A DNA stretch of 64,000 bases from a virus: IMG/VR virus record IMGVR_UViG_3300010391_001464, positions 1 through 64,000 of that record; one strand, written 5' to 3'. Shown here one piece after another: positions 58,923-64,000 of this stretch. Position numbers and translations under genes: made by a program. Each line of letters starts with the position of its first letter. Position 1 is the stretch's first letter. The notes beneath the pieces were generated by a model that was given only the letters and a program-made list of their open reading frames with translations, ran no database searches and was not told the DNA's origin.

Positions 58923-59193
58923 ATGAATGACTTAGAAAAAGATTTATGTAAAAAAAATGCTTTCTCTTCAAGGATATCTAGAACCAACAAGAGCAGGATA
59001 TTGCTTTGTAGTTTTTGATGATAAACATCTAGAACCAACTAGTATTCTTAATGATTCAATACATATATTAAATATAGAAACTATGGAATTAGGAAAAATT
59101 ATTGACATTATTAATGAAGATAAAGTTAAATTAGTAGATTTTACGGTAATACATAAATTTATTTGTCCAGTATTCGATAGAGTACTTGTATAG
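58923..59193 (+). CDS. Hypothetical protein (paralog pair, copy 2); extra A in the A8 run at 58950-58957
   Basis: MNDLEKDLCKK + MLSLQGYLEPTRAGYCFVVFDD aligns with copy 1 from its N-terminus. Confidence 0.5.
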
Positions 59194-59201
59194 ATTAAAA
59201 T

Positions 59202-59275
59202 GGGGCCATAGTTTAGAGGGAAAACAACACGTTTGCACCGTGTAGTCCAGAGTTCAAGTCTCTGTGGTTCCACCA
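59202..59275 (+). tRNA. tRNA-Ala (UGC)
   Basis: GGGGCCA/TGGTTCC with G3:U70, ACACG-TTTGCAC-CGTGT, CAGAG-TTCAAGT-CTCTG, encoded CCA. Confidence 0.9.
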
Positions 59276-59345
59276 GTCTATTATAATCCTCCACCATTAA
59301 TAGAGTGAATTATTAAAACTCTACCATAGAGGTTAATATATAAAA

Positions 59346-59714
59346 ATGAAAGTGATTATCGCAGGAACTAGAACATTTAATGATTATAAACTTCTTAAAT
59401 CAAATTTAGATATATTTAAAAATCATATTGAAATATATCATAAAGATAAACTACCTATCATAATAATTTCAGGTAGTGCTAGAGGAGCTGATTCTCTAGG
59501 TAAAAGATATGCTATAGAAAATAATTTACAAGTTAAAGAATATCCAGCAGATTGGGATAAATATGGTAAATCTGCTGGATATCGTAGAAATGAAGAAATG
59601 GGAAAGATAGCAGATGTTCTTATATGTTTTTGGGATGGAAGGTCTAAAGGAACATTACACATGTTAAATATAATGAAGAAATTAAAAAAAGAGTGGAAGA
59701 TTATTTATTTTTAA
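59346..59714 (+). CDS. SLOG-family (YspA/DUF2493-like) protein
   Basis: IIAGTRTFNDY, ISGSARGADSLG, YPADWDKYGKSAGYRRN, FWDGRSKGT. Confidence 0.85.
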   Translation: MKVIIAGTRTFNDYKLLKSNLDIFKNHIEIYHKDKLPIIIISGSARGADSLGKRYAIENNLQVKEYPADWDKYGKSAGYRRNEEMGKIADVLICFWDGRSKGTLHMLNIMKKLKKEWKIIYF

Positions 59715-59947
59715 GGAATTTAAAATGACTGAAAAAGCAAGTCTAAAAGTATTTTTTACTATCCTAGGAGTTGACCAAATAAAAACATCAGTAACATATG
59801 AAGGAATAACTAAAGAACGTATAACCAATAAACAAAAAAGAGTTTATGAAACTATGAATTTAATAAAAGAAATAATAATAGAAAAACATGGTCCGGACAG
59901 TTTTAAAGGATAATTATAAAATTAGTTTGTTTCTTATTTAAAAAATA

Positions 59948-59963
59948 AGAACAAAATTATAAA
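59948..59963 (+). promoter_or_regulatory. Putative class A promoter (AGAACAAAATTATAAA)
   Basis: Intergenic, ahead of RBS AAGGAG of 59998. Confidence 0.45.
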
Positions 59964-59997
59964 TAAAATAATCAATGTATAATAAGGAGATTTAAAA

Positions 59998-60867
59998 ATG
60001 GTAAGGCTTCAAGATTCAATTCATTTTCCTAAATATATTAGGACTAATGAAAAATGTAGTATTGTAGAAAAGGGACATAGATGTGAAAATAAAGCTGAAA
60101 TAGAAATGATAGTTGATGGAGATAAAATTTCTACAATAGTAAAATTCTGTGATACTCATGCTAAACTTTATGATGAACAATCTTATAATGAGTTAAAGTA
60201 TAGAGATGAATCTTAATAACGGAGGAAATATGTTAATATGTGAATGTGGAAATTCTACTAAATTTTATGAAAGAATTGTGACCGTATATAAGGTTGATGA
60301 GGTGGGAACTAGGCATCTTAGAGAAGGACAAGTTACTAGACAATATTTTTGTGCTAATTGTATAAATATGAAGGAGGTATTTAAAAGTGAAAAATCCATA
60401 TGTGGGACTTACTCATATACTACCAACATGGGAGTGGCTCCTAAAGTTGTGGAAAAAGATTCTGTGTAAAAGAGGATGGCATTTATTTGATGAAGTATAT
60501 TCACCACCTAATCATTATCTTTCATGTGATGCTTGTGACCTAGATGTACATATTGAAAAAATAGAGGAGCATAAAAATGATTAGAAAAAAGTGTCCAGTT
60601 TGTAATAACAATATTGTTTTTGATTTTGTAGTTCCTACTAAACATTTCTATATTAGTGAAGTTGGTGAAATCAAGAGGGAAGAGTCCAGTATATGGATGG
60701 AAAATGCACGTTCACATTGTATTACACAATGTGATTCTCCAGGACTAGAATTTTATTGTAATCTAGACAAAGATCATAATATTGATACTCTGGAAATTAT
60801 TGAATGGATGGATCAAGTTGAAATTGAATTTAGAGAAAAGAAATGTTTAGATTTAATAGGAGAATAA
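59998..60867 (+). other. Run of small Cys/His-rich hypothetical ORFs (59998-60216, 60206-60469, ~60387-60584, 60577-60867)
   Basis: CxC/CxxC pairs in each (FCDTH; CECG, CANC; CDACD; CPVC). Confidence 0.5.
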
Positions 60868-60868
60868 A

Positions 60869-61180
60869 TTGTCCTTCATATATAATATTTTAATTGGATT
60901 AGGTATTATTTTAGGAATTTATATTTATGTAGTTTTAGTACTTAAAAACTTTAGAAGATTAGAACGTATTATAGGTTGTAATTATTACAGTGATTATTTT
61001 GAAATCCTAGAATTAAAACATAAAACTATAATAGTTTTATGTTTTATCCCTTGTTCACTTAATATCTTACAACAAACAGAAAGATTTATAAAAAGATTTA
61101 TAGAACATTTTAATTTTACTAAAAAATATATAGAATATGACAATTCGCTTGAAAAAATTATAGATAATGTAAGGAAATAG
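60869..61180 (+). CDS. Membrane protein (paralog pair, copy 1)
   Basis: Two hydrophobic segments; FIPCSLNI...KKYIEYDNSLEKIID. Confidence 0.6.
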   Translation: MSFIYNILIGLGIILGIYIYVVLVLKNFRRLERIIGCNYYSDYFEILELKHKTIIVLCFIPCSLNILQQTERFIKRFIEHFNFTKKYIEYDNSLEKIIDNVRK

Positions 61181-61188
61181 GAGAAGTA

Positions 61189-61494
61189 ATGGATATTAAA
61201 CTAATATTATTAGTAATATTTGGGTTCTCTCTTTTGGGATTTGCATATGTTATGACTGTATTATTAAATTTTAGTTTTATAAAAGATTCATACATAAGTA
61301 AAACTAAACTATTTAAATATATAAAATTAAAAAATATAACTATAGTAATAATAGCTTTTATACCTTTTTCTATAAACTTTATTTTTCTCTTAGAACATTT
61401 ATATAAGAAACTTAAAGAAGCTATAAAATTTCTGAAAGAATATATTGCTTATGATAAATCGATCGAAAAGATTATAGATAAATCTAGAGAATAG
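61189..61494 (+). CDS. Membrane protein (paralog pair, copy 2)
   Basis: FIPFSINF...KEYIAYDKSIEKIID. Confidence 0.6.
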   Translation: MDIKLILLVIFGFSLLGFAYVMTVLLNFSFIKDSYISKTKLFKYIKLKNITIVIIAFIPFSINFIFLLEHLYKKLKEAIKFLKEYIAYDKSIEKIIDKSRE

Positions 61495-61507
61495 AGGTAA
61501 TGAATAA

Positions 61508-62365
61508 GTGGTAAAAGAAAATCTACCTGATGTTCAAGAAACTAAACCGAAGATTCAAATACCAATTAATCAAGTTGGTGTAGAAAATGTAGAAGTTCCT
61601 TTCATGCTACAAACTAAAAATGGTCCTTTTCATGAGCTTACTGCAAAGACATCAATTCGTACTAATTTAGGTTCAAATAAAAAAGGAATATCAATGTCAA
61701 GGCTAATATTAACATTAAGACCTTTTTTAATGAAACCTTTAAAACACTTCTTAATTAATGATATTCTAACACAATTAAAAACAAATTTAGGAACAGATGA
61801 TAGTTTCATCAAATTTGAATTTAAACTTCCCCTGATTAAAAAATCACCAAAGTCAGAAAATGAATTTCCTTTATATTATAATTGTCAATTTGAAGGAAAA
61901 TTAGTAAATGATAAATTCTCATTTTATCAGGCAGTTAAAGTTCAATATGCATCTTATTGTCCATGTTCTGCAGAATTGTCAAAAGATTTATTAAATAAGG
62001 GTTACTCATCTCAAGGATTTCCTCATGCTCAAAGATCATATGCAACTGTAGCAATTGAACCAGTAAAAGATAAATATATATGGTTAGAAGATATTATTGA
62101 ACTAGTTGAAAAGTCTATTGCTACAATTCCATATCCAATTATTAAAAGAATAGATGAACAAGAAATAGCTCGAATTGCGTCTGAAAATCCTATTTTCGTT
62201 GAAGATGCTATTCGACAAATATCTAGCAGTTTAAATTCAAAAAGTGAAATATATGATTGGATTATAAAATGTTCTCACGAAGAGTCTATACATACTCATG
62301 AAGCTATTGCTATATCATATAAAGGAATAAAAGAAGGATTTAACGATAGATCTTTTATAATATAG
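61508..62365 (+). CDS. folE2: GTP cyclohydrolase IB (FolE2)
   Basis: LPDVQ, INQVGV, KGISMSR, SYCPCS, PHAQRS, KRIDEQ, NPIFVEDAIR, HEESIHTHEA. Confidence 0.93.
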   Translation: MVKENLPDVQETKPKIQIPINQVGVENVEVPFMLQTKNGPFHELTAKTSIRTNLGSNKKGISMSRLILTLRPFLMKPLKHFLINDILTQLKTNLGTDDSFIKFEFKLPLIKKSPKSENEFPLYYNCQFEGKLVNDKFSFYQAVKVQYASYCPCSAELSKDLLNKGYSSQGFPHAQRSYATVAIEPVKDKYIWLEDIIELVEKSIATIPYPIIKRIDEQEIARIASENPIFVEDAIRQISSSLNSKSEIYDWIIKCSHEESIHTHEAIAISYKGIKEGFNDRSFII

Positions 62366-62385
62366 TAAAGATAGGAATTTATAAG

Positions 62386-62724
62386 ATGGAATATGAAAAA
62401 ACTGAAGACACGCCAGGAGATCTAATATTATCTATCACACAAGAACTTTATAGTTCTGATATATCTATAATTATTAAAAATTTAAATAATAAACCTATTA
62501 TAAAAATAGTAAAAAATCGAATGGGAAATAATATTTCTTATACTAATGGAAAAGAATTTATACCATTTGCAGCTTGGTTATTAGCTATAATGAGAGACAA
62601 AAAAAGTGGTATAAAATTTTTTGAAGAAGCTACAGTTAAAGATATTCAAGAAAAGATAGAAGAATTAATGAGACCTTATATGGATGAAAAGATGGATGTA
62701 CCTGACATACCTGGAGGTATATAA
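62386..62724 (+). CDS. Hypothetical protein (paralog pair, copy 1)
   Basis: LAIMRDKKSGIKFFEE...IEELM resembles the next gene. Confidence 0.55.
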   Translation: MEYEKTEDTPGDLILSITQELYSSDISIIIKNLNNKPIIKIVKNRMGNNISYTNGKEFIPFAAWLLAIMRDKKSGIKFFEEATVKDIQEKIEELMRPYMDEKMDVPDIPGGI

Positions 62725-62729
62725 TAGAA

Positions 62730-63017
62730 ATGAAATTTCCAAAAATCCCATTTGATAGAAAAGATATATTTGAATCAGATTTAAATTTTTCTTGTAGTAT
62801 AGATGAACATATTGAAAAACCTATAATACTTGTTGGAACGAATAGATATCTTATAATAGATAGTATAAAAAATTTAAATGATACAATAGATCTAGTTACT
62901 CATATGTTAGTAGCAATGAGGCCAGATAGGACAAAAATAAGATTATTTGAAGATGGTATTAAAGAAGAAGTAAAGAATGAAATAAAAAAACTAATGAAAA
63001 ATATACGGAGGAAATAA
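62730..63017 (+). CDS. Hypothetical protein (paralog pair, copy 2)
   Basis: LVAMRPDRTKIRLFED...IKKLM. Confidence 0.55.
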   Translation: MKFPKIPFDRKDIFESDLNFSCSIDEHIEKPIILVGTNRYLIIDSIKNLNDTIDLVTHMLVAMRPDRTKIRLFEDGIKEEVKNEIKKLMKNIRRK

Positions 63018-64000
63018 TGACAAAGCCTAAGGAAGTCGCAAAATCTCTGAAGGAGATTTTAGTAAATAATGATATGAAAATAATTCTTGACAAATCATCT
63101 AATATAGAACCTATTATAGAAAAAGTAATTGATTGGTGGTCTTATGATTTATACTCAAGGAGACCTGGTCCAGCATATACAGATGATAATGTATTCCAAG
63201 GTACTGATTTAGATATGGCTGCATTTTTATATGCTTTATCTGATAGAGGTGCTGCAATAAATATTCCATCATATGATAGAATGAGAAAATCTAGACTAAA
63301 AGAAGGACAAATTATAATCTCAAAAGAAAATAGACATGGTGAAATTGTAGGCCTTACTGCTAATAAAGAAACATTTACTTTTTCTGTAAAAATTAAAGAT
63401 ATGAATGTTATGAAAAGTAATGGTTTTGGAGATTTTAGAAACTTTTCTCTAACAGATATGGATGGTTCATGGTATGAAGGATGGAAACAAATTCAATTTA
63501 TTCCATCAGAAAAAGAAGATAATTTTTTGAATGAATTTAGAGTAAAAGCAAATCATAATACTGTAATGTTTAAGAATTTTATTCATCCCAATAGGTGGAT
63601 TAGTTTTTTCGGTCAATATTATTTTATAACAAAAGCACTTATAAATAGATTAGACGAAGAGTCAAAAGATTTAAATATTCAAATAAAAAGAATGTTAGAG
63701 AATGGGATTAATTACCCTCCTATAAGTGAAGAAGCTCAATCTAAACCAGCATCAATTCCTCAAGAGAATGGAAAACGAATTAATGTTAAGGCATTTGAAG
63801 TTGAGATTGATGTTCCTAATAATAGTACTAAATTTCCAGTATATTCAGATAGTCAGGAAAATTTAATATTAATTACTAGAAAAAGAAAAGATTATGTATA
63901 TAAAATAATTCCTAAGTTACGTTTTGCAACTAGAGCAACAGAATATGCTTATTATTCAAATGGAGAAGGAAAATTTCCAACATGGTTAGAAAATGTAAAA
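63017..64000 (+). CDS. Hypothetical protein, 3' partial
   Basis: ATG overlaps the previous TAA (RBS GGAGG); frame is open to the window end (MTKPKEVAKS...GTDLDMAAFLYALSDRGAAINIPSY...). Confidence 0.75.
   Translation, partial: MTKPKEVAKSLKEILVNNDMKIILDKSSNIEPIIEKVIDWWSYDLYSRRPGPAYTDDNVFQGTDLDMAAFLYALSDRGAAINIPSYDRMRKSRLKEGQIIISKENRHGEIVGLTANKETFTFSVKIKDMNVMKSNGFGDFRNFSLTDMDGSWYEGWKQIQFIPSEKEDNFLNEFRVKANHNTVMFKNFIHPNRWISFFGQYYFITKALINRLDEESKDLNIQIKRMLENGINYPPISEEAQSKPASIPQENGKRINVKAFEVEIDVPNNSTKFPVYSDSQENLILITRKRKDYVYKIIPKLRFATRATEYAYYSNGEGKFPTWLENVK

Noticed and set aside
322-61812. All minus-strand ORFs in the track
   Set aside because: They are short shadows of + strand genes or tRNAs with no recognisable motifs; every supported gene is on +.
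1-64000. Genome-wide TAG or TGA reassignment
   Set aside because: Long conserved genes are intact in the standard code and TAG ends several at natural C-termini. Only one in-frame TGA (48753) was seen, and reading through the TGA at 5464 hits TAG five codons later.
1-64000. CRISPR array, rRNA, integrase or IS transposase
   Set aside because: No repeat-spacer periodicity, rRNA-like sequence or recombinase/transposase motifs were seen.
1-64000. Cellular chromosome origin
   Set aside because: Compact duplicated RNAP subunits in beta'-beta order with no ribosomal protein neighbours, homing endonucleases and many small ORFans fit a large phage better. No structural genes are in the window, so this remains inference.

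Overview
AT-rich, densely packed window with every supported gene on the + strand, best read as part of a jumbo/huge tailed-phage genome. An outer-membrane beta-barrel and an OmpA-domain protein suggest a diderm host. Main contents: (1) two separate multi-subunit RNA polymerase gene pairs (beta'+beta at 1046-8179 and 36255-43006); (2) a replication/recombination block (SSB, MoxR-like AAA+ plus vWA, type II topoisomerase A and B, SF2 helicase, Mre11/Rad50); (3) QueD and FolE2; (4) four paralogs with an MKIKxDF(V/I)TNSSS N-terminus next to a radical SAM gene; (5) a complete ubiquitin-like conjugation cassette (E2 with long extension, JAB, E1, Rho-N-repeat Ubl), followed by a second E1/E2-like pair just before RNAP set 2; (6) an accessory region with four tRNAs, Pth2, a CCA-adding enzyme, NADAR, an ABC-transporter/OmpA cassette and homing endonucleases. 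The strongest candidate for an undescribed system is at 43583-44574. There a leader peptide MTKH-(TAG)-LIRPP-TAA lies directly before a hairpin that hides the RBS of an operon containing Pth2, a ~100-nt structured RNA and a tRNA with a CUA (amber) anticodon, which looks like an amber-readthrough-sensing translational switch. Caveat: at least seven genes are broken by single-base indels in homopolymer runs, so the assembly probably carries sequencing errors and every single-nucleotide claim needs read-level confirmation. All calls come from motif reading by eye; no searches were run.
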